Positions 29,676-39,367 of a stretch of DNA of 64,000 nt are shown here, in pieces. Below the pieces are notes generated by a model. The model did not search any database, was not told the DNA's origin, and saw nothing but the letters and a program-made list of their open reading frames with translations. Position 1 is the first letter of the stretch, and each line of letters opens with the position of its first letter. The DNA is taken from contig OY968762.1 in assembly GCA_963695225.1 (NCBI GenBank), positions 1,472,001 through 1,536,000 on the forward strand, read 5' to 3'. Made by a program: the position numbers and the translations under genes. This stretch comes from Vulcanimicrobiota bacterium (GTDB lineage Bacteria > Vulcanimicrobiota > Vulcanimicrobiia > Vulcanimicrobiales > Vulcanimicrobiaceae).

Positions 29676-31102
29676 GCGACGACGCATCGCGCCTCGCGCC
29701 GATGCGCGCGATCTTCGCGCAGCAGCGCGCGGCCGCGCGACGCGAAATCCCCGCGTTCACGAAACGGCGCGCGCAACTCATCACCCTCGAGAGAGCGATC
29801 CGCGGGCACGAGCGCGAGCTCTGCGCGGCGGTCTGCGAGGATTTCGGGCACCGTTCGTTCTACGAGACGCGGCTCGTCGAGGTCCTCGCTTCGCTCAACG
29901 GCGCGCGCTACGCGCGAGCGAACCTCGCGCGCCGCCTCCGCCCGGAACGGCGCCGCGTTTCGCCTTGGTTCTGGCCCTCGACCGCCCACGTCATCCATCG
30001 CCCGGCCGGCGTCGTAGGCATCATCGCGCCGTGGAACTACCCCGTGCATTTGGCGCTCGCCCCGTTCGCGCAGGCACTCGCCGCGGGGAACCGGACGATG
30101 ATCAAGCTCTCCGAAGGGGCGCCGCGGACCTCCGCGCTCGTCGCCCGCATGATCGGCGAGGCCTTCTCGAGCGAGGACGCGTACGTCGTCGAGGGCGACG
30201 TCGACGTCGCCCGCGCCTTCGCGGCGCTGCCCTTCGACCATCTCCTGTTTACGGGCTCGACGGCCGTCGGGCGGGACGTGATGCGCGCGGCCGCCGAGAA
30301 CCTCACGCCCGTCACGCTGGAGCTCGGCGGAAAGAGCCCCGCCCTCGTGGGGCCCGACGCGCCGCTGGACGTCGCCGCCCGCCGCATCCTTTGGGGAAAA
30401 CTGTTCAACGCCGGGCAGACGTGCACGGCGCCCGATTATGCGCTCGTTCCGAAGGACCGCCTCGAGACGTTCGTCGCCGCGTCGGACGCGGCGGTGCGGG
30501 CCCTCGAGCCGGCGTCGCGGGCCGGGAGCCGGACGACGATCGTCGACGACGTTCACCACGCGCGCCTGCGCGCGTTGTTGGAAGACGCGCGGGCGCGCGG
30601 CGCGACGGTCGTCGAACTCGGCGACGAACTCGGCGCCGGCGCAGCCGGAGAGCGCACGTTCCGGCCGGCGCTCGTCCTCGGCGCCGATGCTTCCGCGCGC
30701 GTGATGCGGGAAGAGATCTTCGGTCCGATCCTCCCCGTCCTCGGCTACGCCTCTCTCGAGGAAGCCTTCGGCGTGATCGAGCGGCTACCGCCGCCGCTCG
30801 CCGCCTACCTGTTCGCGGCCGATCCCGCGCTGCGCGAGCGCTTCCTCGCCGCGGTTCCCGCCGGCGGCGTCACGATCGACGGGACGCTGTTGCACTACGT
30901 CCAGGACGATCTACCGTTCGGCGGGCACGGCGCGAGCGGGATCGGCCGTTACCACGGGCGCGAAGGCTTCGAGACGTTCTCGCGCACGCAAGCCGTCTTC
31001 GTGCAGCGCGGAATCGGCGGGTTCGTCGGTTCCGACCTCTTACGCCCGCCCTACGGCATCGTGGCCGACGGGCTGATCCGCCTCATGCAGCTCTGGTCCT
31101 GA
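29672..31102 (+). CDS. Aldehyde dehydrogenase (coniferyl aldehyde DH-like)
   Basis: IAPWNYP, FTGST, LELGGKSP, NAGQTC, EEIFGP, PFGG. Confidence 0.9.
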   Translation: MSDDASRLAPMRAIFAQQRAAARREIPAFTKRRAQLITLERAIRGHERELCAAVCEDFGHRSFYETRLVEVLASLNGARYARANLARRLRPERRRVSPWFWPSTAHVIHRPAGVVGIIAPWNYPVHLALAPFAQALAAGNRTMIKLSEGAPRTSALVARMIGEAFSSEDAYVVEGDVDVARAFAALPFDHLLFTGSTAVGRDVMRAAAENLTPVTLELGGKSPALVGPDAPLDVAARRILWGKLFNAGQTCTAPDYALVPKDRLETFVAASDAAVRALEPASRAGSRTTIVDDVHHARLRALLEDARARGATVVELGDELGAGAAGERTFRPALVLGADASARVMREEIFGPILPVLGYASLEEAFGVIERLPPPLAAYLFAADPALRERFLAAVPAGGVTIDGTLLHYVQDDLPFGGHGASGIGRYHGREGFETFSRTQAVFVQRGIGGFVGSDLLRPPYGIVADGLIRLMQLWS

Positions 31103-32164
31103 ACCGCCGAACGCTTCCGTCAACTCCGGCTGCTCGCTCGCCATCCACTCGCGGAAGAATCTCCACACGACCTTCACGAGCGCGGCTGCCGGGATGCCGA
31201 GCAAGAGCCCAGGGAGCCCGAACAGCTCGCCCCCCGCGAAGACCGCAAACATCACGACGATCGGCGAAACGCCGACGCTCTCCGCCATCACCTTCGGCAC
31301 GAGCAGCGTATCGCTGACGCGCGCGACGACGAAGACGATCGCCGTGACCCACGCCATCATCCACACGCCCTGCGGCGCGGCGAGCACGATCGCGACGAGC
31401 TGCGCCACGAGCATCCCGAAGAACGGCACCGCGTAGGCGACCGCGCTAAGGACCGCCACCAAGAGCGCGAACTTGAAGCCGATCGCGAGACAACCCGCGA
31501 AGATCAGGAGGCCCGTGATCGTACACAGCGCGGTCTGGCCGGCCACGTAGCCGCCGAAAACGCGCGCCAATTCGGCGCCGAGCGCCCGCGCCGTCGCGCG
31601 CCGGTGTGCCGGCACGAGACGTTCCACCGACGTCGCCATCGCGTCGGAGCGCAACAGGAAGAACGCTGAAAGCACGAGCGCGGAGAACGCGATGAAGATC
31701 GCGTTCCCGGTGTTGATCAGGAGATCCGGCGCGGAAGCGAGCGCCGAATTCAGAACGATCGCGGCGCGCGTTCCGAAGTAATCGTGCAGGCTGCTCGAAC
31801 CCGCCGGCAAGACCTGCGCCCCGAGGTGCGAGCGGATGAAACTCTCGCCGCGCCCGAGGAAGTTCTGCGTCGCGAGGATGTAATCGGGGAGATGCCCCGA
31901 GAGCACCTGGATCTGCTCGAACGTCGCCGGCAGCACGAGCACGGCGAGCAGAACGAACGTTCCGATCAAGATGGCGAATACGAGCGTGACCGCGAAGCCC
32001 CGCCGCATGTGGCGCTCGAGGAACGCGACGCTCGGGTGCACGCCGAGCGCGATGAACGCCGCGATCGCGAAGATCGCTACGGTCCGCGGTATGCGCATCG
32101 CGAGCAAGACGGCCGCTATGCCGACGACGAGCGCGATGCCGCTCAGGATGAGCCGGCGCCGCAC
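31040..32164 (-). CDS. AI-2E family transporter
   Basis: Multi-TM; GGYVAGQ, VPFFG, PKVM..SVGVSP, GLPGLLLGIP. Confidence 0.88.
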   Translation of the reverse strand: MRRRLILSGIALVVGIAAVLLAMRIPRTVAIFAIAAFIALGVHPSVAFLERHMRRGFAVTLVFAILIGTFVLLAVLVLPATFEQIQVLSGHLPDYILATQNFLGRGESFIRSHLGAQVLPAGSSSLHDYFGTRAAIVLNSALASAPDLLINTGNAIFIAFSALVLSAFFLLRSDAMATSVERLVPAHRRATARALGAELARVFGGYVAGQTALCTITGLLIFAGCLAIGFKFALLVAVLSAVAYAVPFFGMLVAQLVAIVLAAPQGVWMMAWVTAIVFVVARVSDTLLVPKVMAESVGVSPIVVMFAVFAGGELFGLPGLLLGIPAAALVKVVWRFFREWMASEQPELTEAFGGSGPELHEADQPVGHDAVGRA

Positions 32165-32175
32165 CAGCGGCGATC

Positions 32176-32643
32176 TTAGAGCTTCTTGCACAACAGACGG
32201 CGCTCGGTGTAGTACCCGGCCTGCGCGTAGAGCTGCCGGGCCGCCGCGTTTTCTTCCGTGACCATCATCGCCACGTGCGAGCGCCCGCGCGCGCGCGCAT
32301 CCGCCTCCGCGGCCGCAAGCAGCGCCGCCGCGACGCCGCGCCGCCGCGCGGACGGTTCGACGGCCATATACGCGACGAACGATTGCGGTTCGAGCGTCAC
32401 TTCGTCGGGCATGCCGTCGAGGACGAGGATGAACCCGAGCGGCTCGAGCGCGGATTCGGCGATCAACAGCACGTGCGGACGCTCGTAGGCGAACTCGAGC
32501 AAACGCTCGTAGCTCTCCTCGACGGCGTTCGGCGCGGGGTCGCGATGCTCCGGAACGCTCGTTTCGAGGGAACGTCGCCCGAGGTCGAGGATGAAGGAGC
32601 GGTCGCGCACTCCGCCGCGCCGGATCGCGATCGTCGCGCTCAC
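32176..32643 (-). CDS. GNAT family acetyltransferase
   Basis: MAVEPSARRRGVA, ENAAARQLY. Confidence 0.85.
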   Translation of the reverse strand: MSATIAIRRGGVRDRSFILDLGRRSLETSVPEHRDPAPNAVEESYERLLEFAYERPHVLLIAESALEPLGFILVLDGMPDEVTLEPQSFVAYMAVEPSARRRGVAAALLAAAEADARARGRSHVAMMVTEENAAARQLYAQAGYYTERRLLCKKL

Positions 32644-33773
32644 GCGCGGGCGCTCGCCGCGGGCGCGCCGCGCCAGATCGGGAGCAACTCCTCGAGGACG
32701 CTCGCGAACGCCGCGTTTTGCTCGGGCGTCCCGATCGTGACGCGCAGGTAGCCGGGCATGCGCAGCCCGTCCCCCGAGCGAACGATGATGCCTCGTGCGA
32801 GCAGCGCGCGATAGGCGGCGTCGGCCCCGACCGGGACGGCGACCGCGACGAAGTTCGCCGAGGTCGGATACGCCGGCAACCCGAGGCGCTCGAAGAGCGC
32901 TCCGAAGAACGCCTTCCCCGCCTCGTTCGAGCGCCGGCTCCGCTCCACGAACTCGCCGTCCTCGAGCGCACCGAGCATCGCCGCGGCCGCGGGGCGCGCG
33001 ACGTTGAACGGCACGCGCGCGGAGTTCATCCAGGCGACGATCTCGGGCGAGGAGTAGCCGTACCCGAAACGGATCGCGGCGAGACCATAGATCTTCGACG
33101 AGGTGCGCAAGACGAGCGTCTGCGCGCGCTCCGCGAGGAGATCGACCGCATCGCAGGCGCCTTCGTCCGCGTATTCGAGGTACGCCTGGTCGACGATCAG
33201 CAGGACGTCGGGCGGGAGCGCGCGCGCGAAGTGCAGCAGCGCTTCCCGTTCCAGGCGGGTCCCGGTCGGATTGTTCGGATCGCAAACGAAGACGAGCTTC
33301 GTGCGCGGCGTGACGGCTTCGAGCATCTCGGCGAGATCGTGCACGCCGCTGCGGAGCGGAACCTCGACCGCGAGCGCCCCGGCGATTCCGGCGTCCTTCT
33401 TGTACAGCGAGAACGTCGGCTGGGCCATGACGATTTCGTCACCCGGATCGGCGAAAGCGGTGAAGGCGAGCGCGATCAACTCGTTGCTTCCGTGACCGCA
33501 GATCACGTTCTCGGCGGCGAGGCCGTAGCGCGCTCCCAAACGCCCGCGCAGTTCCCAGTGATCGTCTTCCAGATAGTCGCTGAATGAATCGAGCGCGCGA
33601 ATCGCGGCGAGCGCGCGGGGCGACGTCCCGAGCGGGTTCTCGTTTTGCGAGAGCTTGACGGGCGAGGTGATGCCGTAGCGGCGCTCGACTTCGGCGGCGG
33701 ACGTTCCGGGAACGTACGGCGCGAGATCGCGCAATGCGCGGCGCACGAGCCGGTCGGCTGCTGGCGACTTCAT
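32640..33773 (-). CDS. hisC: Histidinol-phosphate aminotransferase
   Basis: KLSQNENP, GSNE, PNNPTG, DQAY, RTSSKIYGLA, RVTIG. Confidence 0.92.
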   Translation of the reverse strand: MKSPAADRLVRRALRDLAPYVPGTSAAEVERRYGITSPVKLSQNENPLGTSPRALAAIRALDSFSDYLEDDHWELRGRLGARYGLAAENVICGHGSNELIALAFTAFADPGDEIVMAQPTFSLYKKDAGIAGALAVEVPLRSGVHDLAEMLEAVTPRTKLVFVCDPNNPTGTRLEREALLHFARALPPDVLLIVDQAYLEYADEGACDAVDLLAERAQTLVLRTSSKIYGLAAIRFGYGYSSPEIVAWMNSARVPFNVARPAAAAMLGALEDGEFVERSRRSNEAGKAFFGALFERLGLPAYPTSANFVAVAVPVGADAAYRALLARGIIVRSGDGLRMPGYLRVTIGTPEQNAAFASVLEELLPIWRGAPAASARA

Positions 33774-33827
33774 TGCGCCTGGGTTCGACCCCGGCGGCGC
33801 ATCGCCATGCGAGGCGCGAGCGGCGCC

Positions 33828-33971
33828 TTACGGCACGAGCGTGAAGGTGATCTGTACGGTTGGGCTGGCGGTCGGGCTCGGAGCGGCTGCGACCTGCGGA
33901 AGCGACGACGCCGAGGAGCAGCCGCCGAGCGCGAACGCCAGCAGCAGCGCGCCGACCGAAAAGCGGAACAT
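33828..33971 (-). CDS. Small lipoprotein (47 aa)
   Basis: Hand translation MFRFSVGALLLAFALGGCSSASSLPQVAAAPSPTASPTVQITFTLVP; GGAGG 9 nt upstream; lipobox LGGC. Confidence 0.65.
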   Translation of the reverse strand: MFRFSVGALLLAFALGGCSSASSLPQVAAAPSPTASPTVQITFTLVP

Positions 33972-34146
33972 ATGAAGCAGCCTCCGTGTGCTCTACGCAT
34001 GCGCACGAGTCGATGCCGGTCCGATTCCGGATCGTGAAAGCTCGGCCATGCTCCGGGCCCGTTAAGATTCGTTGACGCAAGCGTACCGGGCGGCCGCACC
34101 GCGGGAACGTTCCGGAGGATGCCGTCCCGCCGGGACGTTCGGCCCG

Positions 34147-34716
34147 CTACTTCACGAAGCGCGAGCCGGGTTCGTCGAGCGGGGCGCCGCGCGCGCAGAG
34201 CGGACACTCCGCCGGATCGTAGGAGTCGACGGGATACTCGAGGAGCACGATCGTCGGGACCCCGAAATCGACCGGGCTGCGACGCACGATGATCGCAACG
34301 CCCGCGACGGCCGCCCCGCTCGCGCGCACCACGTCGAGCACTTCGCGCACCGAACCGCCGGTCGTGACGACGTCCTCCACCACGAGCGCGCGGTCCTCGG
34401 GCGTCAAGCGGAAGTTGCGCCGCAGTTTCGGAACGCCCCCCTCCTTTTCGACGAAGATCGCTTTCGTGCCGAGCTGCCGCCCCGTTTCGTAGCCGAGCAC
34501 GATTCCCCCGACGGCGGCGCTGACGACGATGGTCGGTTCGAGAGGCTTCGCCCGCAGCGCGAGTTCGCGCGCGACCGGTTCGACGAGCGCGGGATCCTCG
34601 AGGATGCGAAACTTCTGGATGAAACGGTCGCTGTGACGGCCGGACGAGAGGCGAAAATGCCCTTCGAGCAGCGCGCCCCGCTCGCCGAGCGCTGCGGCCA
34701 AACGATCAGCGTCCAT
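34147..34716 (-). CDS. pyrE: Orotate phosphoribosyltransferase
   Basis: GHFRLSSGRHS, LVVEDVVTTGGS. Confidence 0.93.
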   Translation of the reverse strand: MDADRLAAALGERGALLEGHFRLSSGRHSDRFIQKFRILEDPALVEPVARELALRAKPLEPTIVVSAAVGGIVLGYETGRQLGTKAIFVEKEGGVPKLRRNFRLTPEDRALVVEDVVTTGGSVREVLDVVRASGAAVAGVAIIVRRSPVDFGVPTIVLLEYPVDSYDPAECPLCARGAPLDEPGSRFVK

Positions 34717-35437
34717 GGAGCGCCTGCGCGGTCTCGGCCAGAATCCGCTCGGCGGCCGCCCGCGGATCTGGCGCGTGCGTGATCGGCCGCCCGACGACGA
34801 TATAGTCGGCGCCGGCTCGTGCGGCTTCGGCGGGCGTCGCGACGCGCTTCTGATCTCCCGCCGCCTCGCCGCCCGGGCGGATGCCCGGGCACAATACGCC
34901 GAATCCCGAGCCGAAGTACTCCTTGATCGAGACCGCCTCGTGCACGCTGCAGACGACCCCCGCGCAGCGCGCGTCTCGCGCGAGCGCGGCCAAGCGGATC
35001 ACGTTCTCCCCAGGCCCCCCGGCGAGCCCGAGTTCGCCGAGATCGGCGGCGGAGATGCTCGTCAGGATCGTCACCGCGTAGATCTGCGGCGTCTCGATTC
35101 CAAGCTCGCGCGCCCGCTCGTGCGCCGCCTGCACCGCGGCTTCCATCATCGCGGCGCCGCCGAGCGCGTGAACGTTGACGATCCGCACGCCCGGCCGGAC
35201 GAGCGCCCGAACGCCGGCGGCGACGGTGCGCGGGATATCGTGCAACTTCGCATCGACGAAGATCTGCGCCCCCGCTTCGCCCAGCGCGCGCAGGATCGCA
35301 TCGCCGTACCCGAAGAGCGCTTCGTGCCCCACTTTGTAGAGCGCGGGAAGTCCGCGCAAGCGGTGAACCAGCGCGAGCGCGGAGTCGAGGCCTTCGACGT
35401 CGAGCGCGACGATCAGTTGAGGACGCACGGCGATCAT
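34706..35437 (-). CDS. pyrF: OMP decarboxylase
   Basis: LIVALD, DAKLHDIPRTV, VTILTS, PGIRP, DQKR, VVGRPI. Confidence 0.95.
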   Translation of the reverse strand: MIAVRPQLIVALDVEGLDSALALVHRLRGLPALYKVGHEALFGYGDAILRALGEAGAQIFVDAKLHDIPRTVAAGVRALVRPGVRIVNVHALGGAAMMEAAVQAAHERARELGIETPQIYAVTILTSISAADLGELGLAGGPGENVIRLAALARDARCAGVVCSVHEAVSIKEYFGSGFGVLCPGIRPGGEAAGDQKRVATPAEAARAGADYIVVGRPITHAPDPRAAAERILAETAQALHGR

Positions 35438-36390
35438 CGGGTTCCTTTGAAGCGAGGGTTCGCGCGGCCGACGAGCTCGCGCAGCGACGAGAGGTTCCGT
35501 TCTGCAAGATAGGCTCGCAAGCCGTCCGCAACGTTGCACGGCGTGCGCGGATCCGTGAAATTCGCCGTGCCGATCGAGATCGCGCTCGCACCGGCGAGAA
35601 CGAACTCGAGCGCGTCGCGCGCCGTTTCGATGCCGCCTTGCCCGACGATCGGAAGCGCGACCGCTTGGGCGACTTCGTAGACGGCGAGCACGGCGATCGG
35701 CCGGATCGCGGGACCCGAAAGTCCGCCGCTCCCGTTCCCCAGGCGCGGCGCCCAACGGTCCACGTCGATCGACATCCCGCGCACGGTGTTGATCACCGCG
35801 AGCGCGTCGGCGCCCGCCGCTTCCACCGCGCGCGCGACTTCGGTGATATCCGTGACGTTCGGCGTGAGTTTGACGATCAAGGTCTTCGAGGTCGCGGCCC
35901 GCGCGGCGCGCGTCGCTTCGGCCGCGAGGCGCGGGTCGCAGCCGATCGTTTCGCCTTCGCTGGCGACGTTGGGGCACGAGATGTTCAACTCGATCGCATC
36001 GATTTCGTCGCGCGCCGCGAGCCGCTCGGTCACGTATGCGTAATCCTCGACGCAGAAACCGGCGACGCTGCCGATCACGGCGCACGGCCGGTCCGCGAAC
36101 TTCGCGACGTCGTGCGCGAGATACGAATCGATGCCCGGGTTCTGCAAACCGATCGCGTTCAGCAGGCCGCTCGGCGTCGGGACGAGGCGCGGCGTGGAGT
36201 TTCCCAACCGCGGCCGGCGCGTGACGCTCTTGAGCACTACGCCGCCGATTCGCGCGAGATCGATGAACGGCGCGTACTCTTCTCCGGAACCGTAGCAACC
36301 GCTCCCCGTCAGCGTTGGGAATCGCAAGTGCAGCGCTCCGAGCGTCGCGGAGATATCTGGTTCGCGCGCCGCCGCCGGAGCCTCGTTCAC
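35434..36390 (-). CDS. pyrD: Dihydroorotate dehydrogenase B, catalytic subunit
   Basis: NAIGLQNPG, ELNISCPN, KLTPNVTD, GGLSG. Confidence 0.94.
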   Translation of the reverse strand: MNEAPAAAREPDISATLGALHLRFPTLTGSGCYGSGEEYAPFIDLARIGGVVLKSVTRRPRLGNSTPRLVPTPSGLLNAIGLQNPGIDSYLAHDVAKFADRPCAVIGSVAGFCVEDYAYVTERLAARDEIDAIELNISCPNVASEGETIGCDPRLAAEATRAARAATSKTLIVKLTPNVTDITEVARAVEAAGADALAVINTVRGMSIDVDRWAPRLGNGSGGLSGPAIRPIAVLAVYEVAQAVALPIVGQGGIETARDALEFVLAGASAISIGTANFTDPRTPCNVADGLRAYLAERNLSSLRELVGRANPRFKGTR

Positions 36391-37217
36391 CACCGCAGCT
36401 CGTGCGCCCAGAACACCGGGCCCTCCTTGCAGATGCGCGCGTGAACGTAGTCGCGCGCTTCGCCGGGCTCGGGATCGGGAAAGAACGGCGCCTGCGCGCT
36501 CGTGCGATCGAGCGGGACGACGCAGCCCCAGCAGGCCCCGACGCCGCACGCGAACGTTTCCTCGAGCGAAAGCTGAGCTCGCACGCCGAGTTTCTCCGCC
36601 GCGCGCCCCACCGCGCGCAACATCGGCGAGGGCCCGCACGCGAGCAGCGAACCGTGCGCACGGCCGCTTTGCAGCAGCGCATCCGCGACGTAGCCGCGGT
36701 GTCCGCGCGAGCCGTCGTCGGTCGCAAGCGTCACACGCACTCCCAACGCTTCGAACTTCTCGATGTCGACGAGTGCGGCCGCGGTGCGCGCGCCGTAGTA
36801 GAGATCGACGGCGATGCCGCGCGCGCGCAGGACGCGCGCGGGCAAGAGCAGCGGCGCGATTCCGACTCCTCCCGCGACGAGCGCGACGTCGCGCAACTCG
36901 CCTTCGAGAAAGAACCCGTTGCCGAGCGGGCCCGCGAGTACGAGCTCGGCTCCCGGTGCGAGGCTCGCGATCTCGCGAGTGCGGAAACCGCACACGACGA
37001 TCATCAGCGAGATGCGCTCGTCCCCGGTCTCGTAGACCCCGAACGCGGATGCCACGCGTTCGCCGCCGGGCGGCGTCACCATCACGAATTGTCCTGGGCG
37101 TGCAACGCTCGCGAGTTCCGGCGCGTTCAACGTCATGACGACGATCCCCGGGCCCGCTTCGCGACGATCGACGATCGTGCACGTGTGGACCGAGGGCGAG
37201 GAAGCGAGCGCGGGCAT
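36387..37217 (-). CDS. pyrK: Dihydroorotate dehydrogenase electron transfer subunit
   Basis: PGQFVM, GPLGNGF, GGVGIAP, CGP, CGVGACWGC...C.EGPVF. Confidence 0.93.
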   Translation of the reverse strand: MPALASSPSVHTCTIVDRREAGPGIVVMTLNAPELASVARPGQFVMVTPPGGERVASAFGVYETGDERISLMIVVCGFRTREIASLAPGAELVLAGPLGNGFFLEGELRDVALVAGGVGIAPLLLPARVLRARGIAVDLYYGARTAAALVDIEKFEALGVRVTLATDDGSRGHRGYVADALLQSGRAHGSLLACGPSPMLRAVGRAAEKLGVRAQLSLEETFACGVGACWGCVVPLDRTSAQAPFFPDPEPGEARDYVHARICKEGPVFWAHELRW

Positions 37218-37372
37218 GACTCGCTGGTTCTCGGTGCGCGGCGGCGAGTCCGTCCTAGGTACGTCGAACTCGTACCTTGCGGCCGGTCACATACGCGACA
37301 ATGCGCGGTAACGGTACGTTATCAGAATCCTGAGAGAATATGTCGATGACTGGAAAGGAGGAGGAAATGGAA

Positions 37373-37513
37373 ATGACCGGGCTACTCGTGTTCAAGACCT
37401 TATCCGAGGCCATCAGAGCCGGATTCGAAGTCTACGATCGCACGGAAGACGGCTACTTGGTTCGCATGCGGACGGAAAAGGGCTGGGCGCTGGCCATCGT
37501 CTCCTTGAATTAA
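37373..37513 (+). CDS. Small hypothetical protein (46 aa)
   Basis: MTGLLVFKTLSEAIRAGFEVYDRTEDGYLVRMRTEKGWALAIVSLN after AAGGAGGAGG; not in ORF track. Confidence 0.8.
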   Translation: MTGLLVFKTLSEAIRAGFEVYDRTEDGYLVRMRTEKGWALAIVSLN

Positions 37514-37576
37514 GCCGTTCGTTCCGCGAACGGCGCTCTTGCGTAACCGGAACGCGCTGCTTCATGCTGCGGACGG

Positions 37577-38140
37577 TCAGCGCTTGTCGGGCGGTGGACT
37601 CGGGGGGCGAAGCTCCTGCGCGGTCCCGCTCGGCCGATACGTGTACGGCCCCTCCGGCGGCGGTTGCGGCGGGGACGGCTGCCCAGGTTGCTGCGGCGGC
37701 ACGGCGTCGGCGGGGCGCCAGGCGGCGCCGCGCAGCGACGCCCCCGAGAGATATGCCGTCAGGATCTGCGCGAGCCCGACGAAGAGCGGTACGAGCCCGC
37801 CGAGCAGCCACGGCCCGGGATGCCCGAGATCGATGAACGAGAGCCCGATGAACAGCGCGAGGCCCACCGCCGCCGTCTTGATCCCCTTGAAGAGCTGGGC
37901 GCGCGCCGCTTCCGGCTGAGGGGCGAATCCCTGCGCTCCGTAGGCGCCCGGGGGCACCACGCCGCGGCGGATCATCTCCAACCGCTCCATCTGCGCGAGG
38001 ACGCGCTCGCGATGGCGCAGCCAGCTCACGAAGACCCAGGCGAAGATCGGGCCGCCGAAGATCAGCGTGATCGCAAGCGAGGCGATCGGCCAATCTTCGT
38101 CGATCGCGCCGACGACGGGCGCGAACGCCCATGGGCTCAA
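37577..38140 (-). CDS. Membrane protein, DUF6249-like
   Basis: TM, HRERV..ERLEMIRRG, two more TMs, Pro-rich tail; divergent from ECF sigma; start uncertain. Confidence 0.65.
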   Translation of the reverse strand: MSPWAFAPVVGAIDEDWPIASLAITLIFGGPIFAWVFVSWLRHRERVLAQMERLEMIRRGVVPPGAYGAQGFAPQPEAARAQLFKGIKTAAVGLALFIGLSFIDLGHPGPWLLGGLVPLFVGLAQILTAYLSGASLRGAAWRPADAVPPQQPGQPSPPQPPPEGPYTYRPSGTAQELRPPSPPPDKR

Positions 38141-38429
38141 ATCCGCGGCCCCCAACCGGGGAACGTCGTCGAGACGGCCGGAAGCCCACGATCGACGTAC
38201 GGGCGCGGAATCCGTGGGGCTGGAACGATTTGGTGCTTGACGATCACGTGCGACTCCTTGCCGCGGGGGAGGCTCCCTCGCCGGACGTCGGTGATACGGC
38301 CCAGAGCCCCGCATGTTTCACGCCGCCCCGCGAAACAGTTCGCGCCGTTCACGCGTACGTGCCGGTGTGGAGCTGGCACTCACGTTCCCTCGCTCGGCGC
38401 TCGGTCCCCGGCCGTGGGCGGTCGCGCGC

Positions 38430-38996
38430 GTGATCGAACCCCTCGATGACGGGACGCTGGTCGCGCAGGCGCTCGGCGGGCGGAACGACGCGTTCGAGGA
38501 GCTGGTCAGCCGGTACGACCGGGCCGTCTACCACCTCTCGCTCAAGACGTTGCGCAACGCCGACGACGCAAAGGATGCGACGCAGGAGGCGTTCTTCCGG
38601 GCCTACCGGAGCCTGGGGACGTTCCGCCCCGGGGCGAAGTTCTCGACGTGGCTCTTCTCGATCGCCTACCACGCTTGTTGCGACCGGATCGCGCGCCGAA
38701 AACGTTATACGGATGCCGAAATCGCGGATGGGGCCGACCCCGCACCGGGCCCCGAAGCGGTCGTCATGGCCCGCAACGAGGCACGCATGCTCCGCGCGGC
38801 GATCGACGAACTCCCGGAGAAATATCGCGTCGTCATCACGCTCTACCACTTGCAAGGGAGACAGTACGAGGAGATCGCGAAGGTGCTCGACCTACCGATG
38901 GGAACCGTGAAGACGCACCTCTTCCGAGCGAAGGAGTTGCTGCGGCGTAAGCTCGCGGACCCCGCCGGCGTGCCCTCCCCGGAGGATCGGCCATGA
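38430..38996 (+). CDS. ECF RNA polymerase sigma factor
   Basis: AFEELV, DATQEAF, FSTWLFSIA, YEEIA..LDLPMGTVKTHLFRA. Confidence 0.93.
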   Translation: MIEPLDDGTLVAQALGGRNDAFEELVSRYDRAVYHLSLKTLRNADDAKDATQEAFFRAYRSLGTFRPGAKFSTWLFSIAYHACCDRIARRKRYTDAEIADGADPAPGPEAVVMARNEARMLRAAIDELPEKYRVVITLYHLQGRQYEEIAKVLDLPMGTVKTHLFRAKELLRRKLADPAGVPSPEDRP

Positions 38997-39367
38997 ACGG
39001 CGACGACCTCGACGACCTCGACCGCGCGCTGTTCGCGCTCGACCTCGAGGAGCCGCCCGCGGACCTGCGCGGGTCGATCCTGCGCGCGACGATCCGGGAA
39101 CCGGGGGCGCCCCTCCAGGCCGCCGTGCGCCCCTGGAATCCGATCCTCGCGGGGACGTGCGCCGCGGTCGCGGTCTGGCTCGTCCTAGCGGCCTTCTTCG
39201 ATCGCGCCCTCGCCGAATCGATCGCGGCCGGGGTGGGGGCGTTCGGGCATCTGCTGAACGAGCCGACGGCGCCGGTTTGGCTCGGGCTCGGCGCGCTGAC
39301 CGTCCTCGCAGTTCAACTCTCGGACGCCCTTGGGCGCCGCCTCCCGCTCGGCGGCGGACGCTCGTGA
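38993..39367 (+). CDS. Putative membrane anti-sigma factor
   Basis: ATGA-coupled to sigma; EEPPADL..IL then two TMs. Confidence 0.65.
   Translation: MNGDDLDDLDRALFALDLEEPPADLRGSILRATIREPGAPLQAAVRPWNPILAGTCAAVAVWLVLAAFFDRALAESIAAGVGAFGHLLNEPTAPVWLGLGALTVLAVQLSDALGRRLPLGGGRS

Noticed and set aside
37218..37340. PyrR attenuator upstream of pyrK
   Set aside because: Only a short GACTCGC/GCGAGTC hairpin; no PyrR-binding consensus or terminator U-tract seen
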